A DNA stretch of 64,000 nucleotides from Octopus vulgaris (Eukaryota). The notes beneath the pieces were generated by a model. That model saw only the letters and a program-made list of their open reading frames with translations. It was not told where the DNA came from and searched no databases. Location of the stretch: assembly GCA_951406725.2 (NCBI GenBank), contig OX597835.1, positions 25,730,001-25,794,000 of the forward strand, given 5' to 3'. The first letter of the stretch is position 1. Every line of letters starts with the position of its first letter. The position numbers and the translations under genes are program-made. Below, piece by piece: positions 41,085-55,168 of the stretch.

Positions 41085-42280
41085 GAATTTTGCTTCCTAA
41101 CCACATGGGTGTCACCTTGGGTAAATGTATTCTACTATAGCCACGGGCCGACCAAAACTTTGTGAGTGAATTTGGGAGACGGAAACTGAAAGAAGCCCAT
41201 CGTATATATACGAGGTCTGATCTATAAGTATCCGGACTGTTGCCATAGTAACAAAGCTAAAGCACGTAGAGTGAAGACACTCGGCACAGATTGACCTTAG
41301 ACTCTGCTGTGCATGTGTATTAAGTTTTAACAATGTAGCTCACTTCCTCTGTTTATAGCAGTACTTGGAAGAAACGTGTGTAGCGTGTGATCACCGCATT
41401 GACCATGACAAAGTTGTCATGGCGATATCTGCTCAGAGGCCTACGCAAAGTTGTCGAAAATGTATGGAGAGGAGTGTATGAGCCGTACATAAGTGTACGA
41501 GTAGTCCAGATGTTTCCAAGACGGCTGAAAAAATGTCGATGTTGACGAACGTTCTGGGAGATCCGCAACCAGTAGAACTGAGAGAAACCATTGCAGATAT
41601 CCGCGAAGTCGTGAGGGGTAATCGTCGAATCCCCATCTGCGAATTATCAGAGGATGTGCAGATTAGTTACGGCTCAATTCAGTCCATTATCAATGAAGAT
41701 TTAGGTATGAGACGTATGTCTGCCAAGTTTGTACCAAAACTGCTTCCAGGTGACGAAAAAGACACCCGGGTTTCAGTTGCCCAAGATCTCCTTGACTGTG
41801 TCCGTGTAGGCCCCTGAGCAAGTATCGCAAAGCTTTTGACAAAGAATCTGCATCAAATTTCTGTCATGATCAATGCAAAGATCACGCGCTACACACGTTC
41901 CTTCGAAGCACTGCTGTAAACAGAAATGACCTAGAATGTTACAACTTAGTGCGATGGCACAGCAAAGTCTAAGGTCAATCTGTGCCAAGCGGCTTCACTC
42001 TGCATGCTTTAGCTTCGTTACAATGGCAACAGACCGGATACTTATTGATCAGACCACGAATATGTCGTTGTGTTAGATTTTGTCTTCTATCACCGTTTGA
42101 CAACTAGTTGTGGTATGTTGACGTGTCCGTAACTTAGCGGTTCGACAAAAGGGTACGATAAAATAAGTATCAAGATTAAAAATTAAAATAATTCCTGGGG
42201 TCATTTCGTTCGACTAAAAACTCTTCAAGGCGGTGCCCCAGCATAGCCGCAATCTAATGTCTGAAACAAGTAAAGATAAA
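41085..42280 (+). mobile_element. SINE family B split by a mariner insertion
   Basis: 5' half ends at its TA tract (41210); 3' half resumes at about 42061. Confidence 0.8.
41211..42058 (+). mobile_element. Internally deleted mariner with long (about 100-bp) TIRs
   Basis: TIR CGAGGTCTGATCTATAAGTATCCGG...GACCTTAGACTCTGCTGTGC mirrored at about 41957-42058; transposase remnant IREVVRGNRRIPICELSEDVQISYGSIQSIINEDLGMRRMSAKFVPKLL (HTH plus WVPHEL-equivalent). Confidence 0.9.
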
Positions 42281-42592
42281 CGCTGAAATATCCAATCAAC
42301 GCAATGCAATAAACATTGGCGAAAAAAATCACGTAATTGGAAAATCCTTTATTGCAATTATGGAAATGAGTAGAGTATTTTGAATAAAAAGCATGTTTTC
42401 TCAGAAAATGCAAAAAGAGAAAAAGTGAATAAAATCTTAGTTTAAGTTCTCTATTTGTTAATGTATTTCTGTGTCTTTTTACGAAGATCAGCATGGATAA
42501 TTCTTTGATTAGTTTAGATGCAATAATACTGAAAGAATTAGGATTTACAGTCCAACTGAAGATTGCTAATAACATTTTAAAGTAATTTTTAA

Positions 42593-42790
42593 GGCGGTGA
42601 GGCTGGCAGAATTGTTAGCGCATCCGACAAAATGCTAACGAGTATTTCGTTCGTCTTCACGTTCTAAATTCAAATTTGGCCGAGGTCGACTTTGCCTTCT
42701 ATCATTTCGGGTCGATAAAGTAAGTACCAGTTGAGCACAGGGATTGATGTAATCGACAAATTGCTGGCCTTGTGTCAAAATTTGAAATCA
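42593..42790 (+). mobile_element. SINE family A
   Basis: Head, core and tail; TSD-like attttaaagtaattt / attttaaaataattt. Confidence 0.85.
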
Positions 42791-42840
42791 ATATTTTAAA
42801 ATAATTTATACAAATAATGATGAATCTAGATCTATATAAT

Positions 42841-42872
<32 letters not shown>

Positions 42873-42873
42873 C

Positions 42874-42915
<42 letters not shown>

Positions 42916-42960
42916 GTCTGTCTGTCTGTCTGCCTGTCTGTCTGTCTATTTGTATGCATG

Positions 42961-43088
<128 letters not shown>

Positions 43089-43425
43089 GTCTTAATGCTT
43101 TATCATATAAATACCATAAAGTGTTCAAAACATACGAGGGAAGTGTGTTGAACCTAATGTCGTATGTAGAGTGGCCGCAGGTCAGTTGACACGGTTAAAC
43201 CGTCGTCACGGGCCATTGGAAGCGTCGGATTGTTGTCCGTTTTAGTTTATATTGTTATTTTGTTTAATTTTTGCTTTTCACTTGTTGATGAGCTGTGTCG
43301 ACCAGACAAATCTGATCTGCACAAATGCACAAATCTGAACATCTTTAGGCAGAACACGTTGCATATAATCCTCATTACCAATCATACACATACATATATA
43401 CATGAACGCACAAATGCAGGCACAT

Positions 43426-43456
<31 letters not shown>

Positions 43457-43859
43457 CACACAAACGCACGAACCCCGCCACCACATACATCTATTTGTAA
43501 ATTAGGGACTTTTTCTTCTGTTATGGAGAAAGAAGATACAATGTTAAAAACAAAATGGCTGAACTATCTAATTAGATTTCAACCTGTTCCGAGGCAACAG
43601 TCTAGACTATTTCACAGTCATTGAAATGTCAAGTCTGCTTTTTCTCCGGCATTTTTCATCCTTACTTAATTCTTTTATTAATCATTCATCATTGTTCTTC
43701 GTATTCTTCTTGTATTTATTATCGCTGTTGCTCTTCTCGTTCTTCCTGTACATGCTGTTGTCCTCGTATTCATCATGGCTACTGTTGTCATTGATGTCGA
43801 CGTTCATTTTGTTCAGAATATTTCCCAGAATTTGATTGGCTGCTCGAAGCTGTGTAGTG

Positions 43860-44736
43860 TTGTTAATAGTGATGGCAGTAACGGTAGTGATAATAGTGTT
43901 GTTGTTGTTGTTGGTGGTGGTGGCGTTGTTGTTGGTGGTGGTGGCGTTGTTGTTGGTGGTGGTAGCGTTGTTGTTGGTGGTAATGGTGGTGGTGTTGGGG
44001 CTAGATGGTGGTGTTGATGGCATTATTGTTGGTATCAGTTATGCTGTTGTTAATGACGGTGGTATTGACGATGGTGGTGGTTGTGATGGTGGTGTTGGTG
44101 ATCGAAGAGCTATGTTAGGAAGGAAATGATTGATCTGATATCGATTATCTTTAGATTTTGTATAGTTACATTCATCTTCTTCACCCTCAACTTACTCTTC
44201 ATCGTCGTCCTCACCAGCTTATTTCCCCTCACCAACAACAACGACTAACCCACTGCCACCACCAGGACCACTACCACCGCCACCACCACCACTACTACCA
44301 TCGCTACCAACACTACCACAACCATCACCACCACCAGCAACGCTACCACAACCGTCACGACCATCACCACAACCGTCACGACCGTCACCACAACCGTCAC
44401 GACCATCACCATTACCGTTACCACCGCCATCACCACCACCAACAACAACGACACGCCCACCACCACTATTACCATCACTACCACCACTACCATAACCGTC
44501 ACTAATACCACCACAACCACTACTACCACCACCACCGCCACCACCACCGCCGCAACCATCACAACTACCGTAGCCACCACTTCCACCACCACCACCACCA
44601 CCACCATCACCACCACTACTACTACAACAACGACGACTCACCCACAACCACAGCTACTACCATCGCCACCACCATTACCACAACCATCACAACTACCATA
44701 GCCACCACCACCACCACCACCACCACCACCACCACT
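43860..44736. repeat. Opposed (GGT/GTT)n and (ACC/AAC)n low-complexity trinucleotide tracts
   Basis: Direct inspection. Confidence 0.9.
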
Positions 44737-44938
44737 CTCGAAGGTTCTAAGTTCTTATGACGTTAACAACTAAGTTATTTTAAGTCGAAGGTAACTAAAT
44801 GACGCAATGTGTCTTGTTTAAATGAGAGAAAGGCAGCCTTAATTAATATGATTGGTTTTCCTTTGAGCGATAACCTAATGATGGCAACTGTGAACGCCCC
44901 TTGGGCAATAGCTGTGTTTACTGTTGGTATTTGCCTTG

Positions 44939-44981
<43 letters not shown>

Positions 44982-45078
44982 TATATGTATATATCTATAT
45001 ATCACTTAAATATATACATAGATACATACACACATATACATACATAAATACATACATAAATACATACATGCATGTATA

Positions 45079-45116
<38 letters not shown>

Positions 45117-45118
<2 letters not shown>

Positions 45119-45290
45119 AAGAGTTTACGAAAAAAAAGCAAAAAACGAAGACAGGTGGTGTAGAAAACAAATAGATGTATTAGTATAACGCTCAGGAATT
45201 GAAAAAGTCTTTTACGTTTCGAGCCTACGCTCTTCTACAGAAAGGGACACAGAAAAAAAAAAACAAGGAGAGAAACAAGAAGAGAAAAAA
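45117..45290 (-). mobile_element. Penelope-like pLTR fragment with hammerhead-like motif
   Basis: Near-identical to 38596-38780; cttt-CTGTAGA-a-gagc-gtag-gctc-GAAA-cg-TA-aaag at 45209-45244. Confidence 0.7.
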
Positions 45291-46854
45291 ATATAATACC
45301 GAGAAATCAAGGGTATGAAAGGGACACCCTTAAAGCTAGAAACGTTTCTGCACCCCCATCGTATATGTATATATATAGTTGCCAATTTTATATGAAAAAC
45401 CATTTAAAACTATTCCAACATCTCCCATCTGTAAGTTCTACTGCGTTGTGAAAAAAACAATCTGTCGCAAGCGGCCTCTATAAATAACATAATTACATTA
45501 CATAAATATAGACAAGATGCAGTTAACACACAAATTATGTATAACCGGAGAAATACAATAAAATGTACAGCTTTCTACTTTGATATACGTTTCTAATGAT
45601 CATAAGTTTTATTTGATAAAGGAATAAAAAAAAATAATAGATGCGAAAAAATATTAGAATCGAAAAAGGAAACGAGTACGATTTTATTATATCATTTACT
45701 AGATATAATGATGTATAAAAGTCAAGAAAAGAAGCAATTTCCTGGTTGTTGCTTCGTTTCATCACGCCAGAAAAAATATTATTTTAAAGACTTCTGTTTT
45801 TTTATTGAATAATTTATCAGTTGTTTCGTTACTTGAGATATTTGGAATGTAATTACACCGCTGTTTTCCTCAAGCTACCTTGTACAATACGAATAACACG
45901 TACAGAAATTTAAAATGTTTTAGTACATCGCAGTATTTCACTAGTTGAAGTGTGTAAAATTAATTACACCGCTGGGTCTCTTGTACTTTACTCATTTATA
46001 ATGCTATCCACTATCCACATAATGAGAAATATTATTAGTATAATTTTAATTATAGAGTTAATTGACTTTTAAAATAACACCTAAAATTGTATTTTAAGTG
46101 TTTACATGCGCCAAAAAGCTGATTTTACTTCCGACTTAGTTGCTGCTATTGACTAACGGTGTCAAACGTAAAAGTGTCTCTCATTTATATAACGTGTCAG
46201 TCGTAAAGAGTTTTCTAATTGGAAGTAGATTTTACTTCATATTTCCTCTCAATAAATCTCCATTAAGATAGATCGACTTCACGTTTTACTGTTGAAATAT
46301 ATTTAGAATTTCAATGTTCAGTTTTTGTTTAGGTAGTTCATAATTACCGTATTAACACCAATAATTCCGTTTCATCTAAACTAATAGGCCATGTTTTACT
46401 CTCGCAGATATTTGATTCTGTTGCAAAATTGTCAAGAAATTGTTACATCTCCAAGAGGTTTATTGCTAGAAATTACCAAATCTCAGACGTCTCATTAATT
46501 TGGGTACCGCTTCAAGAATCTTCCGGTACTTAATATTTCTAAAGCGAACATTTACATTCTTCATAAAGTCTTTCAAAGAGGAAATCTTTCCGCTTATAAA
46601 TGCCATTTCAAAACGTTTGATATTGAAATGAATTCACTACCGCGATTATATCGATGGACTTTTCCGAATCTTTGTTATTGCATGGAGTTGAATATAGGAG
46701 ACAACCACGGATAATTACTCGACATCACTGTTGAGATGTTAATCCGCGTTACGGATCAAGCCTACCATCTATGTTGGAGATGACAGAATTCGAACTTAGA
46801 ACATAGGGGAACGGAACAAATATCGATGCTTTAACGATTGCACCCGTCCATCCC

Positions 46855-47045
46855 CTTAGCTTAGCTTAAGCCTTTCGCTCTCTACGGAGCATAGGCCATC
46901 CACAAATTTACCCCTCTCTTCTTGACTCTGGGATGTCATGCTTCTCTCCGGCTGGATCCTTACTTTCTCAGCTCTGTTTCACTCTCCCAATTCGTATGTT
47001 TCCCGGAGAGGAAGTCTTCCTCTCTCATCTATCATTGGTTTTGAA
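46855..47045 (-). mobile_element. RTE-like LINE 3' end remnant
   Basis: Minus strand ends ...FVDGLCS-like coding remnant followed by a (TAAGC)n tail. Confidence 0.45.
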
Positions 47046-47989
47046 TCGCCATCGATGCTTCTGTAACCTTGCTTTTTTTCTAGGTAGGGGTATCGGTTCG
47101 ATGCAACCACCTTATACCTTATTTATCGATCTCGGAAGAATGAACGTCAAAATTGATCTCAAGATGGATTTGAGCCCAGAGCGTAATAAACCAGAATAAA
47201 TAAAGCATAACATTTCGTATGATGCTCTAAAGATTCTATTCTGTCACTGGGTATTTGTAGTATTACAGAAATGTCTATAAGGATGTAGGATTTACGTACA
47301 ACACCAAAAGAGTTTGGACGCCAACATATTGGTCATTTCAGAGTTGTTTGGCATCATAAGCGACACAAGTAAATCTGTTTTGCTGAGAACTTTCAACAAG
47401 ATCGAAACATGCCCGTTGCTCTCATGAGTTAGTTTTAAAGTGTTTAACTCCTAACTTCATTGTTTTTCTTTAAAAAAATGAATTAACTAATATTATTGGA
47501 GTTGTCCTTTTTCTTGATGTTTTTCATATCTTGAAAAACTCCTCTTAAAAAAGAGGGAGATTTTGGTTTTAATTACAAAGATAGTTTTAGTTTCCAACGA
47601 ACTTCAATGTTTAAACATTTCCTTTAAATGCTATAACAAATTCACCTATCTAAGAACAAGTTTGGCTGGCAGTGATGCGACAAAGCTAGAGGTATTTTTT
47701 TCTGGTGAATTGTTGGCGAACTCGCGACAAAAATAATCCTGAATTGTTTTAGTAACCATCATACCATTTATGGTTTCCAACCAGAAAGCCAACGCGACTC
47801 TCGTTTAGAAAGGGGCTCTACTGGCAGACCGATTCTTTTTCGCTGCTTTCGCAGATTCCTATGACTATTTGTCGCCATTCAATTATATTATTATGAATTT
47901 GAATTAGGAGTTCGTGTCATAATGAATCTTTCATTAGCTGATTACATAACCAAGAACACAACCCCTATGGATGCATTGTAACTACTCTC

Positions 47990-48211
47990 TTGATACAGTT
48001 TAGTGCTCCAGACCGTTTATCAAGGATTCCTCTGCCCAGCATCAATACAAGAAGCATCGTTGGTTCACTTGATCTCTTTCGTTACCGCTTCACAATCCAC
48101 CATGTTGCAGCCCCAAAACTTCACCGTGTCCCTGGAAGGGTGGTTGAACTGGAGCAATGTCTTGCCAAAGGCCAGCCCATAACTACGCAGGGCACGGTCA
48201 TCACTCCGTGA
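47990..48211 (+). pseudogene. Possible AP-endonuclease N-terminal remnant of a LINE
   Basis: PLPSINTRSIVGSLDL...FTIHH resembles APE starts (PLPS..NxRSL..KLD..L, FTIHR); weak. Confidence 0.3.
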
Positions 48212-48619
48212 GGTATTATCAAAATACCCGCATACACGTGACAGAGCAATAGGTGTATAAAAAAACATTCAATTTTACATAAAACGTCCATTGATATTGT
48301 TCTTTTTCCTCTGTCGTAACTAAATTTTCTGAGATGTACTTGCCAGGAACGTGAATGACTCTGAGAACATGTATCGAAACTAAAACAATTATACTGGGTA
48401 AAAAAACTTTTATTTTATTTTATTTTATTTTTTGTCTTTGGTCAGTAAATGCTATTTCCTGTTTGATTCTCTTTAGAAATCAAGGGAAGTGACTACTATT
48501 CCCTTCAAGCTTTGCTTTGTCACCTGGACATCAATGTTTTGAAACTGACTTATTTCCTATTACATTTCAGACAGATTCAGCGCACAGATTTGATTGTGAG
48601 TTGCTTGACCGGAACAACT

Positions 48620-48950
48620 TTATTTCAGTCATTTGAATGCGTCCATGCTGGGGCACACCACCATGAAAAATTTTCGGCAAATGAATCAGCCCCAGTAGTT
48701 ATTTTTTGTTAAACCTGGTACTTATTCTATTGGCACATTTTTACCGAAGCGTTAAGTCATGGGGACGTAAACACACCAACACAGATTGTCAAGAACACAC
48801 ACATACACACGACAGGTTTTTTTCGGTTTCCATCAACTAAATGCGCTCAGAAGAGCTTGGTTGATGCAAAGTGGCGAAGGTGCCATGCAGTGAGACTGAA
48901 ACCGGAACCGTGTGGTTGGGAAGCAAGCTTCTTACCGCACAGATACGCCT
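48620..48950 (-). mobile_element. SINE family B
   Basis: Degenerate full-length copy. Confidence 0.8.
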
Positions 48951-49537
48951 GTGTGTGCCTATTTGCCTCTGTTTTCTTTTTTGCTGTTATTTTTTGATTC
49001 CTAAATTAATTCACATTGAAGTATTAAAATATTAAAATACTAAAGTAAAAATAAAGGCTCATCTTTAAAATTGCAATTAATTGATCGAAAATCATTAACC
49101 TAATTAATAACAAGTCATCTTAGACATCGAAACATTTAATTAGTGGATTAATTTAAATAACTAATATTTTCAAAACAAGAGAAATCGGGGAAGGGGTAAA
49201 ATCGGACGAGGTAAGAACAAAATGGCGCTTAGTTACGACTGACATTGTCGCTAAAAAATTAGCGATGATATATCGAGACATACTAGTTAATTTAATTTAG
49301 CTTTCTACTCAAAATGTATTGTGGCTTGAAAGTAAGAGAAGAAACCAATATTTAAAGTAGGAATGTACATAATGTCAGATTGGTGTTAAATCACGGAAGT
49401 CGACATTAAAAAAAATAATAAACGAAACAAAAATTTATATTTTTGTTTTTATTTATACTTTTCGCTGAGATTTTATTTTTTACACAAAATCAAATATATT
49501 TATGCAATGTAACGACAATTTATTATTTGAATCTTGT

Positions 49538-49589
<52 letters not shown>

Positions 49590-49859
49590 ACATATATGTG
49601 TGTGTGTGTACAATTAAACACAGGCACGCAACACACGCCCAGGTACAAGCACGCACACTCACACAGACCGCGTACACACATGTATGTATGAAATTTATTT
49701 TAATATTTGTAGATATAGCTTACGTTGTTTATAGTATGCTTTGAGGATTCAGTGTACACATATTTTATGTTTGTTCAATCGAAAAATCTCGAGCAGTATC
49801 TTGTCATTGATGTTCATATATCAATTATATATATGTATATGTATGTGTGTGTATCTATT

Positions 49860-49915
<56 letters not shown>

Positions 49916-50028
49916 TATATACATATATATACATATATATATATATATATACATATATATATACATATATATACATATATATACATATATATATACATAT
50001 ATATATATATATGTGTGTATATGTATGT

Positions 50029-50068
<40 letters not shown>

Positions 50069-50549
50069 GTATATATATGTATATATATGTATATATGTGT
50101 GTGTCTATTTATATATGTATATGCGTGTGTCTATTTGTATATATTTTGTATATATATATATATATAGTATGTGTGCATGTGCGTGCGCGCACCCATGCAT
50201 ACAACATGCGTCTGTGTGTGTTTGCGTTTATATATGTATATGTAGTAACAGATAGATTCAGAAGTACATTACTTAATGTTTCGCTGGTAGAAAAAAAGCT
50301 TATCTAATCACTTCGATGTTTGATACTCGTCAGTGAATTAGAGATATCAATTCAGTACATTTGATCCGAGTCTCACTCACGACCCCAATGACAATTAGCC
50401 TTATACAGACCTTTGTCTGTCGGTCTGTCTATCTATCGACCTATCTAGCTATGTATCTATCTGTCTGTTTGCCTATGTATGCATGCATGCATGTTTGTAT
50501 GTATGTATGTATGTATGTATGTATGTATGTATGTATGTATGTATGTATG

Positions 50550-50592
<43 letters not shown>

Positions 50593-50607
50593 ATATCTAT
50601 CTATCTG

Positions 50608-50671
<64 letters not shown>

Positions 50672-50703
50672 GTCTATCTATCTGTTTATCTATCTATCTG
50701 TTT

Positions 50704-51909
50704 AGCAACGCGACACTCGCAGTGCCATTCGCCCTTCTAAAAAGAGGCCGAGGAAGGGCGTGTGGCACCGCGAGTGTCGCGTTGCTCTCAAGCAACTCTG
50801 CCGTCCTGGATCGACCTTGAGTGACTCCATCACAACCAAAGCATTCTATAGGGGATTAGTGGAGGGAGGTACGACGACGATCTCGGGGCGAACCTGGGCG
50901 TCGACGAGGAATACCTGACCCGCCTGTTTCAAACGACTTTCGGCCCGGGACCTATGGACAACTTCCAGAGATCCCTGGCCTGGCGGTGCTACCGAGAAGC
51001 GCTACCCGTTCGGGATAAGCTCTACAAACACGGCTCGAAAAACACAAAGCCGACCTGCCCGAGATGCGGTCAGAGCGACGAAACCGTTCTGCACGCACTC
51101 GTGCAGTGTCCAACAATTTCCGACCTGTGGGCTTGTGTCGAACAACTGCTGTCACGTGTGGGACGAGTCGGTTTATCAGCTGAGTGTATCGTCAATATTG
51201 TCACGCCTCCTTCCTTCAAACGGGAAGGAAGAGCTATTTTCATCATCCTTGTGGCTATGGCGAAGGAATGTATCTGGTGGACGCGTCTGAAAGGATTGGA
51301 GACAAAGACTTTCGTCTTTGGTCAATCTCTCATCAACTTTTTCAAGTACCACTTGAAAAGGAAAGTGAGAGTAGAGAGGCAAGTTTTGTCTAGCGAATGT
51401 TTTAAAAAAAGATGGGTGAATGTAGCAAGGATGGCACGTATGAATGACGAAGCCACCTTGAGCATAATCCTATGAACCCAGAAATTGAAAACAGAGGGTT
51501 ACCCACTTGCAAACAAATGTGGTAACATATAACAATATTGACCAAGGTTACCGTGGTCTTTTTCGTAGGCTTTCTTTCCACGGATAAACCTTACTTGCTT
51601 TCCCCTTTACACCATACATCATGACACTGTGATACACGATCCCTATTGATCGTTTTTTTCCCTCTTCCCCTTTTTTTCCTCTTTTTTTCTTCTTTTTTCA
51701 TTTTTCTTTTCTTTTGTTCCTTTTCCTTTTTTCTTTTTTCTTTTCCTTTTTTTTGTTCTTTTTTTCCTTTTACGATCCCTTTTGATCGAAAACCTACGCC
51801 ACCTTTTTTTGTTTCTTTTGTTTTTTGTTTTTTTTCATCCCCCAAAAGAAAAGCTCTACCTTGTAACTTGTCCCATCTGTGTGCAGCCCTGTGTGGCCAA
51901 TAAAGAAAC
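50704..51909 (+). mobile_element. 5'-truncated Tx1/L1-like LINE, copy 1
   Basis: ORF2 C-terminus, pyrimidine-rich 3' UTR, AATAAA at 51899, (TATC)n on both sides. Confidence 0.85.
50954..51475 (+). pseudogene. ORF2 C-terminal region with zf-RVT-type zinc knuckle
   Basis: LAWRCYREALPVRDKL...CPRC...ETVLHALVQC...LW...AKECIWWTR is characteristic of L1/Tx1 ORF2 ends. Confidence 0.85.
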
Positions 51910-51917
51910 TTATCTGT

Positions 51918-52041
<124 letters not shown>

Positions 52042-52543
52042 TCTCTCATCAACTTCTTCAAGTACCACTTGAAAAGGAAAGTGAGAGTAGAGAGGCAAGT
52101 TTTGTCTAGCGAATGTTTTAAAAAAAGATGGGTGAATGTAGCAAGAATGGCACGTATGAATGACGAAGCCACCTTGAGCACGATCCTATGAACCCAGAAA
52201 TTGAAAACAGAGAGTTGCTTATTCGCAAAAAAAAAAAAAAAGAAATATAACATGTGACTCCATTGACCGAGGTTACCGTGGTCTTTTCCGTAGGCTTTTC
52301 TTTCCACGGGTAAACCTCACCTGTCCTCCCCTTTACACTTCATATTGACATTTCTGTGATAACGATCCCTATTGATCAATTTTTTTTTAACCCCTCCCTT
52401 TTTTTTTGTCCTCTTTCTCTCCTTTTACGATCCCTTTTGATCGAAACTCCCCCTTCCTTTTTTTTTTTTAAACCTTCAAAAGAAAAGCTCTACCTTGTAA
52501 TTTGTTCTATCTGTGAGCAGCCCTGTGTGGCTAATAAAGAAAC
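52042..52543 (+). mobile_element. Tx1/L1-like LINE 3' end, copy 2
   Basis: Matches 51326-51909 with a diverged 3' UTR; ends AATAAAGAAAC followed by (TATC)n. Confidence 0.9.
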
Positions 52544-52570
52544 ATATCTATCTATCTATCTATCTATCTG

Positions 52571-52757
<187 letters not shown>

Positions 52758-52811
52758 GTCTGTCTGTCTGTCTGTCTGTTCGCCTATGTATGTATCTATC
52801 TGCCAGTTTGC

Positions 52812-52856
<45 letters not shown>

Positions 52857-52857
<1 letters not shown>

Positions 52858-52999
52858 GTCCTCTTTCTCTCCTTTTACGATCCCTTTTGATCGAAACTCC
52901 CCCTTCCTTTTTTTTTTTTTTTTTTTTAAACCTTCAAAAGAAAAGCTCTACCTTGTAATTTGTTCTATCTGTGTAGCCCTGTGTGGCTAATAAAGAAAC
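52857..52999 (+). mobile_element. Tx1/L1-like LINE 3' end, copy 3
   Basis: Near-identical to the last 140 bp of copy 2; flanked by (TATC)n. Confidence 0.9.
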
Positions 53000-53003
53000 A
53001 TAA

Positions 53004-53069
<66 letters not shown>

Positions 53070-53083
53070 GTCTTTCTGTCTGT

Positions 53084-53175
<92 letters not shown>

Positions 53176-53622
53176 GTTAGACTGCAGGTGTACATTAGTA
53201 CAGGCGACATAGAATTCGTAGCTTCGCTGTATCATTCAATTTCTTTTTAGCTCTGTTCTTTTTCCTTTCGTCTTGTCAACTCCGTAAACATCGTTACTTG
53301 TAACAATTTAGCCAAACACGGCCCCAAGAAACCAAATGAACAAAACATCATTGTTCACAACCAAAAACGAAAAGAAAAAACAAAACAAAAGAGAGAAGCA
53401 AAGACAGAATAATACACAGACATTCAAAATGAAGGAAAAAACAGAAAAAAAAAACATAAATAAAAATAAAAAAGAGAGAAAAGGATTCTTTTGTAGAAAA
53501 CAACAATGTATAGAACGCGGAAAACGACGACAACAACGTTGATACACATACACTTTTAATGAGGTCCACGTTTAACGAGAAAAATAGACGAGGAAAGAGA
53601 GAGGGAGATAGGAGAGAGAGAG

Positions 53623-53659
<37 letters not shown>

Positions 53660-53909
53660 TTGTGTATGCGTGGGCATATAATAATATGTATGGGTTGGAA
53701 GTAATATTAATGTGTTAGAGAAGGAAAATGTTGGTGCGGGTGTAGTGTACTTCACTTCAAAGCATCGGTGAGCCACATGTGGGCGGAATATTTGCGCTCG
53801 TCTAAACCGTTCTGGTACAATACAGGTTGCTACAGAATGGCAGTGGGATTTAATCGACGCCAGTATCCAGTTGGTGCTTTATTTTATTGATCCCAGAAGG
53901 ATAAATGGC

Positions 53910-54354
53910 GGATCTTTTCGGTTTGAACGGCAGTTTTTAACATAATTTCTAGGTAACTAAAAAATTTTAAACTTCGTATACTGGTAGAATGTATTTATAA
54001 AACATCTTTTTCTCTTGGCTTTATTGAGAAAATTCTATAGTTTGTAAGATATTTGTTGTTTCTTCAATTTCTGCAATTTCAACCAATCACTGACGTCCAT
54101 TGAGGTAAACAACATTCTGTGCCGTATGAATATGTCCCTCGTTTAAGAAACAGATTGGATTTACTTACATTTGTGAAGAAAAAAAATACCCTCCCCCCAT
54201 CCCTAACCCTAACCCTAACCCTGACCCTGACCCTAACTAACCCTAACCCTAAAATAGATTGAAATGCAATAGATCGATACTAGGGTCATAATTATGGGTG
54301 ACAATTTCATATGACACCGCTAGAAAAAAACTGCCGTTCAAACCGAAAAGATCC
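53910..54354. mobile_element. Merlin-like MITE with internal telomeric repeats, inserted in a SINE-A
   Basis: Perfect 29-bp TIRs GGATCTTTTCGGTTTGAACGGCAGTTTTT; 8-bp TSD taaatggc/taaatagc; GG termini with an 8-bp TSD fit Merlin; (CCCTAA)n at 54201-54252. Confidence 0.8.
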
Positions 54355-54494
54355 TAAATAGCAAAGCTGACCTCGATGGGAATTGAATTCTTGAATATAT
54401 AAAAGCTGCGTAATAAATACTGTGAAGTGACATTGTCCGACGTTGCAAGAATTCTGCCAACCCACCACCCTCCGGAAATCATAATTTTTTATCT

Positions 54495-54648
54495 TTCTTT
54501 TTACTTGTTTCAGTTTTTGTACCGCGGCCATGCTGGGGCACCGCCTTGAAAGTTTTAGTCGAACAAATAGACCCCAGTGCTCATTTCTTTTATCGGTGTC
54601 TTTTGGCCGAACCGCTAAGTTACGATGACGTAAACATACCAACACCAG
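54495..54648 (-). mobile_element. SINE family B tail half
   Basis: Reverse complement of the SINE-B tail. Confidence 0.8.
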
Positions 54649-54649
54649 T

Positions 54650-54978
54650 ATTGTTTGCAGCTGCGTTTGTTTATCCGTGGACAAGATATCTCAAGAACCG
54701 CTGGATGGAGTCGGATGAAAATTTCAGGGATGTTTGGCCTCGTGACTGGCACGAAGTGATTATATTTTGGAATCGATCCTGTACCAGACAAGGATTCTGG
54801 ATTATTTTTCCTGTATTTTTTTTTTACTTAAATCTTGAGAGCGGTCGGTTTCATTTTTAGCATTCTCATTTGTGAGAGTAGTCGAGTTAATTTCATTTTG
54901 AAAATCCTCTCCGGCTAATCGCTGAAAGAACGTTGGTGTTGCCTTGGAGGAGGTTTGCGCATCCTGAGTGCTCTTGTT
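54650..54978 (+). mobile_element. Helentron-associated (HINE/DINE-1-like) fragment
   Basis: tgtttgttt-rich start, core gatatctcaagaaccgctggatggagtcggatgaaaattt, 3' end ccttggaggaggtttgcgcatcctgagtgctcttgtt. Confidence 0.55.
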
Positions 54979-55014
54979 ATCATTAGGAATGGGTAAAGCA
55001 ACTTATGATCATCC

Positions 55015-55084
<70 letters not shown>

Positions 55085-55129
55085 GGTCATAAGCATGGAC
55101 GTGTTATAATATTGTTATCATTGATAAAC

Positions 55130-55168
<39 letters not shown>

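Noticed and set aside
54201-54252. Telomere or chromosome-fusion scar
   Set aside because: The tract is short and lies inside a TIR/TSD-bounded MITE.
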